Shown here: piece by piece, positions 22,762 to 35,239 of the stretch | How positions within the stretch are numbered: the stretch's first letter is position 1 | Layout of the letters: every line of letters begins with the position of its first letter | Assembly: GCF_001194135.2 (NCBI RefSeq) | Contig: NC_068996.1 | Location: 35,116,422-35,151,660 of the forward strand | Direction of reading: 5' to 3' | Source of the DNA: Octopus bimaculoides | Taxonomy: Eukaryota | DNA length: 35,239 bases | Position numbers and translations under genes: made by a program | The notes under the pieces: generated by a model | Databases searched by the model: none | What the model was told of the DNA's origin: nothing | Seen by the model: only the letters and a program-made list of their open reading frames with translations

Positions 22762-23950
22762 TAACTTCAAATTTTAGCACAAGGCCAGCAATTTTAGAGG
22801 AAGGCAGTAAGTTGATAACATTGACACCCAGTACCTGATTGGTACTTTATTTTATCAAGCCCGAAGGGATGAAAAACAATGTTGACCTCAATGGAATTTG
22901 GACTCCAAACGTAAAAAGTTATTACAATCATGTCCATTCAGACATAATATTAGTTTCAGAATTTCGTCTGTCATTATGTTCTGAGTTCAAATTCCGCTCA
23001 GGTTGACTTTGCCTTTCATCCTTTCGGGGTCGATAAATTAAGTACCAGTTGTGTACTGGGGTCGATCTAATCGACTGGCCCCCTCTCCAAAAGTTTCAGG
23101 CCTTGTGTCTAGAGTAGAAAATATTAGTTTCAGATTTTGGTACAAGGCCTGAAATTTTGGGGGAGGGGGTTAAGTTGATGACATCAACCCCAGTGTTAAA
23201 CTGGTACTTGTTTTATCAAGCCTGAAAGGATGAAAGGCAGAATTGGCCTCAGTGGAATTTGATCTCAGAACATGAAGATGGATGAAATGCTGCCAAGCAT
23301 TTAGCCTGGCATACTAAGGATTCTGCCATCTCACCGCCTTAATAATAATAATCTTTTCTATTATAGGCACAAAGTCTGAAATTTTGGGAGAGGGGGAAAG
23401 TCAATCATACTTGACTGGTACTTAATTTATTGACCCCAAAAGGACGAATGGCAAAGTCAACCCCAACAGAATTTAAACTCAGAGTGTAAAGATGAATGAA
23501 ATACCACTAAACATTTTGCTAGAGTGCTAACAATTCTGCCAGCTTGCCATCTTTAGGTTGTAAAATTATGAATTAGCTACCCATATTATTTATAATTTTC
23601 AATAATAAAAATAATCCTTTCTACTACAGGCAGAAGGCCTGAAATTTGGTGGGAGGGCATAAAGTGGATTATATCAGTCCCAGTGTTCAACTGGGACTTG
23701 TTTTATCAAGCCCGAAAGGATGAAAGTCAACCTAACGTGAAGACAGATGAAGTGCTGCTTACCGCCAGCATGCTGCCTTATCAGCAAAAAATATTGCTAA
23801 GCATTTTTTTTCGTTTGATGTGCTAACTTTCCAGCCCTTTTACATTCTGAGTTCAAATTCTGCTGAGGTTGACTTTTGCCTTTCATTCCTTTTAGGTCAA
23901 TGAAATAAATACCAGTAGAATACTGGGGTAAATGTAATCGACTTACATCC
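22762..23950. mobile_element. Cluster of six copies of that short SINE (orientations -,+,-,-,-,+)
   Basis: Copies at about 22762-22912 (-), 22961-23119 (+), 23127-23340 (-), 23341-23550 (-), 23605-23780 (-), 23790-23950 (+). The plus copy at 22961-23119 is flanked by a 15-bp TSD AATATTAGTTTCAGA (22946-22960 and 23120-23134). Confidence 0.85.
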
Positions 23951-24200
23951 TCCCATTTGCTAAAACTGTCAACTGCCCCTAGTTGACTTTATGGAGTGAG
24001 ATGAATTGCCTTTATCAAAAATGACTGAAGCTCTTAGTAGATTTTACAAAATTGGTTTTATGCCAAAAAAATTAAATCTATATTTCTTGTAACTCTACGT
24101 TTTATTCAGTTTGTTTTATTACTTTTGTTATTTTTCCTTCAATAATTGGGTAACTCCTGAGAATGTCTGTCACCAATATTTGTCTTTTTTACTTTAAAGC

Positions 24201-24334
<134 letters not shown>

Positions 24335-24660
24335 TTGAATTATTTCTTTCCAATCTACCATCTACCCTCTATTATTCCAATTAATGGTGACAGCTGACAG
24401 TTGTAATCTACCTGATATCCAGAAAATTTACCATCAAGTCCATGAGAGTAATTTTTATCTTGTCAACATCCAACAAAATATATAACAACAATGGCAATTG
24501 GGAGAGTGTGAAAGCCTATGGTTCACACAGCATTAGTACTGTGGTGGGGGAGTAGTCTGTTTCATAACCACATGGTTCCAGGTTCATTTCCTCTTTAGAT
24601 ATCTCTTATCATAACCTGAGTAAAATTACCGCGCATGTGTGTGTGTGTGTGTACATACAT

Positions 24661-24880
24661 CATCATCCTTTAACATCCGTTTTCCATGCTGGCATGGGTT
24701 GGACAGTTCGATCAGAGCTGGAGAGTTGCACCAGGTTCCAGTCTGATTTAGTTTTGTTTCAATGGTTGGACGTCCTTCCTAATGCCAACCACCTTACAGT
24801 GTATGCTGAGTGCATTTAACATGACACCAGCGTGACCACTTTTATGTGATGCCAGCAGGAGTGCTTTTTACATGGTACCA
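24661..24880 (-). mobile_element. (GAT)n-tailed element, related to 371-532
   Basis: CATCATCATCCTTTAACATCCGTTTTCCATGCTGGCATGGGTTGGAC...CCTTCCTAATGCCAACCAC. Confidence 0.85.
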
Positions 24881-25108
24881 GTACAGGACTCTTGTAGGCC
24901 AATCCGCTTTAATGTGTGTGTGTAAGCCATCTAAGAGTGCATAAGTCACAAAAAAATGCACTCGTATAGCTGTCAGTTGAATGGGTATATATATATATAT
25001 TCACTATTATATATTCACTATTATATATTCACTACAATTGGTAAGATCAGCAATAATGGATATATAATAGAGTGCACTTTGATTAATATGTATATATATA
25101 TATATATT

Positions 25109-25288
25109 TTCTTTTATTTGTTTCAGTCATATGACTGCGGCCGTGCTGGGACACTGCCTTTAGTCGAGCAAATCAACCTCAGGACTTATTCTATCGGGCC
25201 CTATTGCCGAACTGCTAAGTTATGGGGACGTAAACACACCAGCATTGGTTGTCAAGTGATATTGGAGACACAAACACAGACACAAACA

Positions 25289-25330
<42 letters not shown>

Positions 25331-25447
25331 GCTTCTTTCAGTTTCCGTCTACCAAATCCACTCACAAGGCTTTGGTCGGCAGAAGACACCTGCCCAAATC
25401 CACTTACAAGGGAATGAACCCAGAACCATGTGGTTGGAAAGCAAGCC
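25109..25447 (-). mobile_element. tRNA-derived SINE, same family as 9920-10310
   Basis: Reverse-complement match across body and head, with an expanded internal (TA)n and a deletion in the head. Confidence 0.88.
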
Positions 25448-25691
25448 ACTTTTCTCTCCTCTCACACATACATCTATTTTCTTTTATCCGTGTGTGTGTG
25501 TGTGTGTGTGTGCGTGTGCGTACACACACACACACACACACACTACTGCATTTCAGGCATGTGGCTTCTGCTATAGCCCTGTGCTACTATACTATACTAT
25601 AGTTTTACTCGCTTGGTTTTTGCTAGGATTTGCATATCTAAGGTAGTTTATGCTTCCCAGTTACTTAAGATGTGAAGTATGTGCTGTTTAA

Positions 25692-25898
25692 CCCCTTAGC
25701 ATTCAAATTACTCTCTCAAATGTAATACTTATTAATTTATATTGTTTTTGAATTAATCATGAATTATCTTGTAGCTTCAAGATTTCAATGATGTCATTGT
25801 TTATACATTTTAGGGTAGGTTTGAGAGGCCAGATTTGGCCAGTTTGAACATAAAACAGGATATTTAAGCTGGTTATGTTTGGTTTAAATGCTAAAGGG
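25692..25898 (+). mobile_element. TTAA-flanked piggyBac-type MITE
   Basis: TTAA|CCCCTTAGCATT...AATGCTAAAGGG|TTAA; same family as 13832-14043. Confidence 0.85.
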
Positions 25899-25899
25899 T

Positions 25900-26330
25900 T
25901 AAAAGAATAAACGAGTTAGAAAGCAAAGAACTTAAAAGTTAAGAAAATTAAAACCAAAATGCAGTAAAGTGAAATAAAATAAAAACTGATACAAGAATAA
26001 AAAAATAATAAAGTAAAAGAACTAATATAAGAAAAAAAATAGAGGAATACAAAAACCAAAATAAACTGTAATAAAATAGCTTTAAAATACATAGAAAATA
26101 AACGGTAAGATACAGTGAAATAAGAGGCATAATATACATTGAAGTAAAAATACAATGAGGTATAGAAAGCATAAACCACACAAGGCAAAGTAACAGAAGT
26201 AAAATGCCATTGTATAATGATGTGATTGATATGGGCAAACACACAATAATACAGAAATACAAATAAAAATACAAATAACAAAAAAATCACAAAGGTAACA
26301 ACAAAACTAAAAAATATAATTATAATATAA
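25900..26330. repeat. A-rich low-complexity tract
   Basis: AAAT/AAAG-dominated; yields only F/Y/L/I pseudo-ORFs on the minus strand. Confidence 0.85.
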
Positions 26331-27291
26331 TTGGAGTCCTATCATTCACAAAAATACATAGATAGATGTAAATGTAGATCTGTGAAACTAAGAAATCAGA
26401 GGAAAGTAAGAAAATTACCGTTACTATTTAAATTATGTATTATCCAAAATTTCCCAGACCATTGTTTATGAGTTTTATCTGATTCAATACCTCACCTGAT
26501 TGATTCTTAGTTATCTATAGAAGAGTCTAAATGTTTTATTATAAATGTTTACGTCATATGACTAATACTTATCTTATTTATAATGTCACACTCAGACATA
26601 AGTATTAAGAGTAACACTTCTAGATAAAGTTTACAAATATGTTGTAAGGTGATGCTCTGCTCAATATTAACCACTCTAAATCATACTTAGTTTTGTTATC
26701 CTTAAGGTGCCACATTAGCTTATTAAGTGATATCAAACTTTCCTTATTTCCTATGTTTAAATTATGAGACATGGTGATAGAATCGAAGTTTGAAAGTTGT
26801 GCAACATTTTATGTAATGAAAACATAATTTTCAGTAATGACCAAGCGCTTACACACAATGTCCACAAAACATTGTTTATTCAATGGATATGTATTTGGCT
26901 CCATACCGTTACTACTATTATTTTTGTTGTTAAAATTATTATTATTATAATAATCTTTATTATTCCTGAAGTTGTTGTTGTTATTCTTACTGTTGTTGCA
27001 GCTCCTACTCCTGTGGTTATACCGCTAACTATTACACATTATTATTCCTATTATCCTTATTATTATCCTTATTATTACCTTTAGTATTTCTACTGGTATC
27101 ACCAATGCCTGTGTCCCTAATATTTCTCTTATTATTTTTATTACTTTTATTATCATGCTTTTTATATATATATTGAACTACAAAAGAAATGATGCACTGT
27201 AAAAGATTGTTTCACAAACAATATTGAGATTATATGGATTTTATCATATTTCTAGGTAATTTGACATCAGGAAGATTCCACTGACCCACAA

Positions 27292-27712
27292 TACCATTCT
27301 CTTTTGAAAACACAAGGATTGCATGTAGGGTTTGAACTCGTTCACTTTTCATGTACATGGTAATACTTGCAAATGCATCTTTATGAAAAGCATGATGCAC
27401 ATGCAAAACATTGACTCATTGGGTATAAAAGGCACCCAAATTTACCAGACTGTCATCTGTTTCCTGAACACAGCAAGTATGGCAAGACTGAGATGACATC
27501 AGAGAGAGCAAGCCATCGGACATCTCCATGCTGGTCAATGTCCATGGTTCATTGCTAATGACTTGAACTGCAATATTCGGACAATTGAGGGGCTGAGAGA
27601 ATGATACAAATTCCACAAACAGCACAGATGATCATCCATGCAGTGGCCGACAGAGTTACAACAACACGTTGAGATTGCCACCTTCACTGACACTGTCATC
27701 ATGTGACATCAT
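27292..27712 (+). mobile_element. Truncated Tc1-like element: 5' region plus N-terminal HTH transposase relic
   Basis: TATAAAA at 27424; ATG at 27479 reads MARLR*HQREQAIGHLHAGQCPWFIANDLNCNIRTIEGLRE*YKF, then with frameshifts TNSTDDHPCSGR and RVTTTR*D. This fits Tc1 N-termini (MPRL...R.RAIG.L.AG...RSGRPRVTT.RQDR). The left boundary is a guess. Confidence 0.75.
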
Positions 27713-28003
27713 GTAATGTCCAACATGTATTAGGAAATAACATTTTATCATTAGGAAAGAACAGTTTCTTAATTAGCACTCTACAATCAATGCTACAGCA
27801 GTCTATTAATAAACTGGTTTCTATTTAGCATGTGTGCAACATTTCTTTTGTGGTTCAGTATATATATAAATATATATTTTAAATTTGTCTATGGGAAGAA
27901 ATGTTTTATATATGCAAATAAAGCTCCTATTCTATTATGCCAGCCACAGTCTAATGGAAATGCATGTAGTGATGTTCATAAGTTCCATCCAAGGATTATT
28001 ATT

Positions 28004-28042
<39 letters not shown>

Positions 28043-28043
28043 T

Positions 28044-28425
28044 TTTTTCTTTTACTTGTTTCAGTCATTTGACTGTGGCCATGCTGGCGCACGACCTTTA
28101 GTTGAACAAATTGACTCCAGGACTTATTATTTGTAAACCTAGTACTTATTCTAACAAGTTCTTTTGCCAAACTGCTAAGTTATGTGGACGTAAACACACC
28201 ATTATTGGTTGTCAAGTGATGGTGGGGGGTGGGGACAAATACTGACACACAAACATATACATATATATGACAGGCTTCTTTTAGTTTCTATCTACCAAAT
28301 CCACTCATAAGGCTTTGGTTGGCCCAAGGCTTTAGTAGAAGACACATGGCCAAGGTACCATGCAGTAGGATTGAACCCAGAACCATGTGGTTGGTAAGAA
28401 AGCTACTTACCACACAGCCACTCCT
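28044..28425 (-). mobile_element. tRNA-derived SINE, same family as 9920-10310
   Basis: Reverse-complement match from TTGTTTCAGTCATTTGACTG to CTTACCACACAGCC. Confidence 0.9.
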
Positions 28426-30619
28426 AAACCATAAAAGTCAGGAGGTATGAGAAATGAATATATTTATTCAACTGCTTGTCATCTGTAGGATTATGGCCAT
28501 TTTGTAACCTTTCTCATGTAATAATAATTTCAGTGTATAATAAATTATATTTACATGTCTGCACACATATGCATGATATGCATTATACAATACAATTGTA
28601 TATTTATAAACTAGTGCAGATACAGAAAGCTGGAGTTAAAGCATTGTTGTAACCATGATGAGCCAGTTTTCTTTATTTGCACTGCATTATGTGTAGCATA
28701 TATATATTAGTCCAGGTATGTAAACATAATCTATTACACACTGAAGTTATTACATAATTGCCTATAGTGTATATATGTATGTGGGGGGGGGGGGGGGGGT
28801 GTTTATAGCTGTCTAAAAACCAGTGTTATGTGTGCCTATGTCCCATGACGCAGGGTTCAGCAAATACATATTGATAAAATTAGTGCTAGACTGCAATAAA
28901 TATTAAAGTCTATATATTTGCCTAAAACCTTGAAGTCCCTTTTCATTGAAAGTGGTAAAACAACATAGTTCCAAATTACAACAGTTGTGAAGTTAAAGTG
29001 TTGGTCTATGTGGCGAGAAACCTGAATCTGGCATTAAGGTTGGTCATATGTAATGTACATAACTGTTTGCTTCAATAATAGAATATTGTGGTTGTGAGCA
29101 TTCTCAATGTACATTGCAGGGGCACAGTGTTTTAATATGATCAACTGAGATTATACAGCAATTAGACACAACTCACACTAGAGGTATTGCAAATTTAAAA
29201 ACAGCAAGGGAGAAAACTCCAATAAGATCAGGCAATGGAATTTGGTGGTGGTGGGAACAACAAAGAAGCTCTTATGGGCTGAAGTTACCTTCCTTGCCCA
29301 TTTGAAATTTTAATATACTACTAGAGGGAGGTTTTTCTTACTAATTGCATGGATATTCTCAGAGTTTTCCATCTTACTATTAAGACCCTTGCTTAATTTG
29401 TCTGACTGAACAAAATATATAAAATAGAAAATGTAAGAAAAGCAGTCTCCACTCAAGCTTCATGGTTGAGTGTTTACAATTATAAAGAGCAGCCAGCTGT
29501 AAAAAGTTAATAGAAAATTATCTCATCTATGTAAGAATGGGAAAAAAATCCGTCTGTCTGTCGCCTGTCTGTCTGTCTATCTATCAACCTGCTTGCCTAC
29601 CTACCTACCTGTCTGCCAACCTATCTGCCTGTCTACCTGTTTGTCTATATGTCATCATTCTGCCTGCCTGTCTGTTTTTATCTGCCTACTTGTCTCTCTG
29701 TGGATGGTATGTATTTGTATCACATGCTCACACCACTGCATTAATCTCTTGTATAAAACAGCTGATGACTTCACTAGTGATATGCAGTTCTCAAGAAGAC
29801 CCATCCAACTCAGTGAAACTAAGTTCTACATGTGCTGTGTGTGTGCATGCACAACTGGGTGCTTTGCTCAATTTCCTCTTCCAAGACAACATCACCACCC
29901 ACCATTTGTAACAGCAATTTTTCTTTGATACTATTAATCTTTCTCACTATCTGGAACATTTCACTACATATCCATTCCTCATCCTCAATATTGTCTTCTC
30001 CACCCACATTTTACATTGACTCCCTTCCCTTGATCCACCATCTCTCTATCTCACTCTCTCCGTATACTATGGCTGTCTCTTCCCTATATTCTTGCAATCT
30101 ACCCAACCAAGTGTCATCTCGCTCAGTTTCATCCTTCTGCAGTCCACTGCATCATCATTACTATTCTGCTAGTCTTCACTCCAATGCATCAACCACTCAA
30201 TACATCCACCCCTCAATGCTATTTAATCTCTACAGTTGTTACCTACTCTTCCCTACTTCCCTTACTTATCCCTCAACATCTTTCTTCATTCACTATATTT
30301 GCTCATTCAGCTATTTTTCACCTCTCACTTTCCCCATACTTTCTTGCAAACTCTACATACCCACACTTCTGGTTATTTTAACCTAACTCACTTCTACTCA
30401 TCTCATACCTTAAAGATTCACCCTGATACCTCATCACCACTATTTTTATCTCTTCTCAGTTCCACTTCAATCACCTCACTACTCTCTCTTCTGAAATATG
30501 AGTAGCCATGTGGCTCTTCTACAGTAAGAAACCCCATTCTGCTCTGGCCCCATCTCTCATACTTTAACCCTCATCTCCTTGTATAAAGTCACCTCTTATG
30601 GGGTTTGTAGTCTTATAAG

Positions 30620-30830
30620 CTACATGGCAACCTCACTAGAGTTAGTGGCGTGAAAAAAAGTGCCCAATACATACTGTGAAGTAGATGGCATTATGAAAGG
30701 CAAACAGTTATAGAAACCATGTCAAAACAGACACTGGAGTATGACGCAAGACTCATTTGGATCCTGTCAAACAAGGCAAATCATGCCAGCATGGAACATG
30801 GACATCAAATGATGATAGGGATGATGACAA
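30620..30830 (+). mobile_element. Diverged (GAT)n-tailed element, plus orientation
   Basis: ...TAGAAACCATGTCAAA...CATGCCAGCATGGAACATGGACATCAAATGATGAT...GATGATG is the reverse complement of the 371-532 pattern. Confidence 0.7.
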
Positions 30831-31503
30831 CTTCAATTCCAAATACCCCCATCATGCCTCTATTTTTGCTCAGTGTTATATATAACTCAACAGTACACAT
30901 CAAACAGACCACATACACACACACACAACATGTTTTTCTCAAGTACCAATGATATCCCTGAAGTTCTTGTTAATTCATTATAAAACCAAAACTATCTCAT
31001 TTCCAAAACAAAAAAAAACCTTGCTACAGGTTCAATAAGAAATCTATATGTTTAACAATTCCCACCTTCATGTTCACTCCCACCTCACCCTTCCACCACC
31101 ACCACCACACAGATCATCTGACAATCTCAGAGAATGAGAACTGACATAATTTCTAATGAAACAATTAGTCATTACCGTATTTACTTTGTGCTGATAGCAG
31201 AACTACTTTCTGTTGATTGTGCCAAGATAAACTAGAATCCAATACAGTTTTATGCTTGAATACAAGTTAGAAATTGTGAGAAAAAAAAAATATTTATATA
31301 AATAATGACTGAATATGCCGTTAAATACCAAACCTAATAGTGGTGGCAGTGGGAAACAATAACAAAACAAAACAAAAAAAACCCCAGTTAAAAATGAAAT
31401 AAATTGAACACTTGATGTAAAAGTTAAATAAATAGGTGAGAAGATAAAGTGTCAATGCATGTGTGTATGTGTTGTATGTTTGGTGTTTCTGAATGATATT
31501 GGA

Positions 31504-31535
<32 letters not shown>

Positions 31536-32434
31536 CAATGATGAAGAAAGAAGAAAAAGAATTCAGAAAAACATCAGATGTTGTGGAACGGTGCAGGGAA
31601 ATTTATTTCTATTGTCAGTGATGGAATCAATATCTAAACAAAGTACTCTGGTGATTACACTCTTACACTCTAAATATAACTACTACCACTACCACCATTG
31701 CTGCTACCACCACTACTAGTACTACCATCGCCACCACAACAATCGCTTCTATTACAAACACCACTACTACCACTATTATATTGGCAATGATTGTTTGCCA
31801 ATATGATGATATGAAAGTCTGTAAATAATGGTTAAAAAATCTGGGGGAAAAGTGCACCTGTCCATTAGCATCACAGCAACACATATGCACACACTAATAC
31901 ACACAGACATGCACTTACATGTACATACACGTACAATAAATAAATTGTAAAATTGCCTAATTAGAGTTAACTAGACTCAACTGACATGCGTCAAACAACC
32001 CAATTTAAAAGCATAGGGTGAAGCTGGAGGAGGAGGAGGTGGAGGAGGTCATATGATGAAGCAATTATTCCCCTGACCCTAACCCTTCTTTCTACCTTAG
32101 GTATTAATAATATAGAATATAATTAATTACATTAAGATATACATTATACATGCAGCAAGGAAACTAATTAGTTCAGCATATAAACGTTGTTGCTTAGTCT
32201 TACATCAGTCATAACTGAACATTCCAGCCATAACAACTGTGTCTTTTATCTAGACATTATGTACCTAGGACTTGCTAATAAATATATATTGCTGTTCATG
32301 GTTGCTCGACTTATGAGAAATAGCAGCCAAAATCTCCTCTTCTAACCATCTTAAACACCTTAGGCCGAGGGGTAGAAAACAATAATGTAGTTCAAGGTAC
32401 ACTGTCTTAACTGTTGTGATAATGACCCACTGTG

Positions 32435-32727
32435 AAGGCATGTGGCTTAGTAGTTAAGGTATTTGGATCATGATTGTAAGGTCATGAGTTCAATTCCAGG
32501 TGATGTGTTGTGTCCTTGAGCAAGACACTTTATTTCACATTGCTCCAGTCCACTCAGCTGGCAAAAATGAGTAGTACCTGTAATTCAAAGGGCCAGTCTT
32601 GTCACATCCTGTGTCATGCTGAATCTCCCTGAGAACTACATTAAGGCTACATGTGTCTGTGGAGTGCTCAGCCAAGCCACTTGCATGTTAACTGGAACTT
32701 TCATCGTTGTAACTGACAGAGTGCCAA
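32435..32727 (+). mobile_element. tRNA-derived SINE of a further family
   Basis: Head GGCATGTGGCTTAGTAGTTAAGG...GAGTTCAATTCC (A/B-box-like), then GTGTCCTTGAGCAAGACACTTTATTTCACATTGCTCC, a typical SINE central segment. Confidence 0.75.
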
Positions 32728-33184
32728 TAATGACCCACCACCTGAGACAACCCCTGATTTTATGACACAAACACATTCTAAAGTGATCTAAATTAAAATC
32801 TTCCAAACATCAGTTTAATAATGACAAAATTATTTTACTGAATTCTTCATTATTTTCAAAATTTATTAAAACAAAGGCAGTATATTTCAGTAGAAATAGT
32901 CTAGTCATAAGGAGTATGTAAGTTAGAAATGACAGAGAAATGGTTTGATGAAATGTTATTTAACAATAAGAAAATTCTAGTATCACAACAAATTGTTTCA
33001 TAACTTAAAAACATGTAAATACTTTATACTATTATAATTAATAAATTACTTATATGCCTGCATTAATACAAAATGCAAAAAATCCTTCAAAGTAATGCAG
33101 AATATATGCTATTTTAAGAAGACCTAGTTGCTTTTCTCATAGGTCTAGCAACCATGTACCTTTTGCTAACATATTAAAAAATTA

Positions 33185-33540
33185 GTGTTGTTGCTGTTTA
33201 AGCCCTAGGCCAGCTTTGATTCAGCATACCTATGAGCAAAGATGTCCCAGCCACAACTATCCCACATTTATTTTTAATATCTGGAAGTCTGGTGTCCTTC
33301 CGTTTTTTTGTAAAGACATTGAGGTCAATTAACACAGGGAGTTGTTGTTTAGTCCTAAGTCATGTAGACCTATAATGAAGACATTCCAACCATAACCATT
33401 CCATTTTTTACCCCTAAGGACAAGGAATCTAAGATCACATTATCCAATGTCTGTCCTTTTCTAAGACAATAGTATGTGAAGAAAATATGGCTGCTATTTC
33501 TAGCCAGATTGGTAAACATTTAAAAGCTCCCTCGTTGATT
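33185..33540 (-). mobile_element. (AAC)n-tailed interspersed repeat marked by GGCTGCTATTTCTAG; related fragments near 3890-4270, 5310-5570, 22380-22430 and 32315-32390
   Basis: The motif GCTAGAAATAGCAGCCAAATCTCC (or its reverse complement) recurs at these sites, several ending in TAAACAACAAC-type tails. Confidence 0.55.
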
Positions 33541-34393
33541 TACTTGGTGCTTGTTATAAAATAGTTTCAAATCCCAATGTCTGGTGAATCCAGAGATTGT
33601 CTCAAGTGGATTATCATTAAAACTGAAACTTATTACACTTAAATTCCTTGATCTTCCAACATTCTATGATTTTGGTCATACTGCTGCTCTCCTTCTCAAA
33701 CCATTTCAACCTGAGAACAGTTGTCAAATATTAAAACAATAGCTTATATGTATTTTTATTATGGATGCCTTTATTGCAAAATTCAGTTTAGGCCTGTAGG
33801 TTTGAACTGTCTGATTGCCACCACGACCACCACCACTATAACTACTATTGCCACTGCAGCTGCTGCACTGCCACCATGGTAGCTGATCCATCAGCAACAA
33901 ACCACTTTGAAGTTCTTAATTCTTAAACCTAAAATCCATGCTTATGTTAATTCTTTGACCATCTGTTTACTTTTCTCCCTCTCTGTCTCCCCTCCCATTG
34001 AGAAATTTTAGTAATTCTCAGAGATTTTAGTAAAATAAAGAAACAAAAGAAATGACACAGTAGTCAACATAAAATTACTTTTAGGATTGTATGTATGTCT
34101 GTGTGTGTGTATGTGAGAGAGAGAGAAAGAGAGAGACTTGAAAGTGTGTGGTATGAATTTGAATGTGATACTGTATGAATATAATGCTGAGTGTGTGTGT
34201 GTATGTATGTGAGAAAGAGATACTGTGAATGTATGTGATATTGTGAATGTGTGTGTGATACTGTTCAAATATAATACTCTGTATGTGGGTGATATTGTGT
34301 GTATATAATAGTGTGTGTGTATGTGTAACACTGTATCTCTTTGGTGATAACTTGTGACATAACAAAGCATAAGAAAAGGGGAAGAACATTGCT

Positions 34394-34964
34394 AAAAGTT
34401 TACGTTTTCATTCGCTAACAAGTTCACATTTACTGATGTAAGTAATTTCATCATTTACTAACAGAAGTACGGTTTTGTGTTTTCCTGTTGCTGAGGTTTT
34501 TTTTTTTTCTGGTACCTTCGATACTGGTTCTTTGGTTTACTGAGTGACAAATTTCGCTTCAACCTCACTTCAACTTCAATCGTTACTGTTCTCAATAAAA
34601 GGTTATGTTTTCATTCGCTAACAAGTTCACATTTACTGATGTAAGTAATTTCATCATTTACTAACAGAAGTACGGTTTTGTGTTGCTGTTTCGTTCACTG
34701 AGTGACAAATTTCGATTCAATNNNNNNNNNNTACTAACAGAAGTACGGTTTTGTGTTGCTGTTTCGTTCACTGAGTGACAAATTTCGATTCAATATCACT
34801 TTAACTTCAATCGTTACTGTTCTCAATAAAAGTTTACGTTTTCATTTGCTAACAAGTTCACATTTACTGATGTAAGTAATTTCATCATTTACTAATAGAA
34901 GTACGGTTTTGTGTTTTCCTGTTGCTGAGGTTTTTTTGTCTTTTTCTGGTACTTTCGATACTGC
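34394..34964 (+). repeat. Tandem array of about 160-200 bp units (roughly four full or partial copies, long and short variants) abutting the Helitron coding relic; contains an assembly gap
   Basis: Unit starts AAAAGTTTACGTTTTCATTCGCTAACAAGTTCACATTTACTGATGTAAG at 34394, 34597 and 34828; partial copy from 34732; ten Ns at 34722-34731. Confidence 0.9.
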
Positions 34965-34966
34965 TT

Positions 34967-35239
34967 TCTGAAGACATTCTTCAACGGTGATGTCACATTC
35001 AATGATGACATCTTCAATGAGACATTAAGATTAATAGACGACAAGGTTCAATCACTGGGTGGAAACAAACTTGAAATCTATGGTCTTCCAGCTCCTCCTG
35101 TCAGAGATGTTCAACACAGATTAGCACAAGAGCTAATCAGGGAAACATCATACAACATGGAAAGTTTGCAAGCAGTTGTCAATGAAAAGGAACCAATTCT
35201 GGTACAGGATCAAAAGGAGGTATACTGGCAAGTTCTTAC
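34967..35239 (+). pseudogene. Helitron Rep/Helicase linker-region coding relic, running off the window end
   Basis: SEDILQR (34967-34987), a frameshift, then DVTFNDDIFNETLRLIDDKVQSLGGNKLEIYGLPAPPVRDVQHRLAQELIRETSYNMESLQAVVNEKEPILVQDQKEVYWQVL. This resembles the Helitron segment between Rep and helicase (SEDILHR...IYNEALILIED...GLPAP...RET.YD...L..EQ). Confidence 0.8.

Noticed and set aside
29537-30505. Several long S/L/P/H-rich ORFs
   Set aside because: Produced by (CTGT/CCTA)n microsatellite and pyrimidine-rich low-complexity sequence.

Overview
AT-rich, microsatellite-dense eukaryotic genomic DNA. The repeat families (tRNA-headed SINEs, (GAT)n-tailed RTE-type SINEs, TTAA MITEs) look to me like those of octopus; this species call is recognition from memory, not a database result. 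The only well-supported host-gene feature is one large minus-strand coding exon (7397-8117; K/S/E-rich, AG/GT bounded), possibly preceded by a small start exon (8228-8332). Most of the rest is intronic or intergenic transposon debris: three Helitron-derived elements (two with recognisable Rep/Helicase coding relics), a decayed Hsmar1-like mariner, a Tc1 relic, an RTE LINE 3' relic, a 1.1-kb solo LTR, hAT and piggyBac-type MITEs and about 20 SINE copies. Most ORF-track entries are microsatellite or antisense artefacts. I found no convincing new biological system. The observations most worth a second look are a 330-bp near-perfect fold-back, a dense cluster of inverted SINEs (both possible dsRNA/ADAR substrates), a 72-bp displaced copy of the local mariner, a small TATATAAAC-terminated MITE, a tandem array fused to Helitron coding sequence, and possible microtubule-binding motifs in the exon. 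Boundaries were read by eye and may be a few bases off where no TSD or TIR fixes them.
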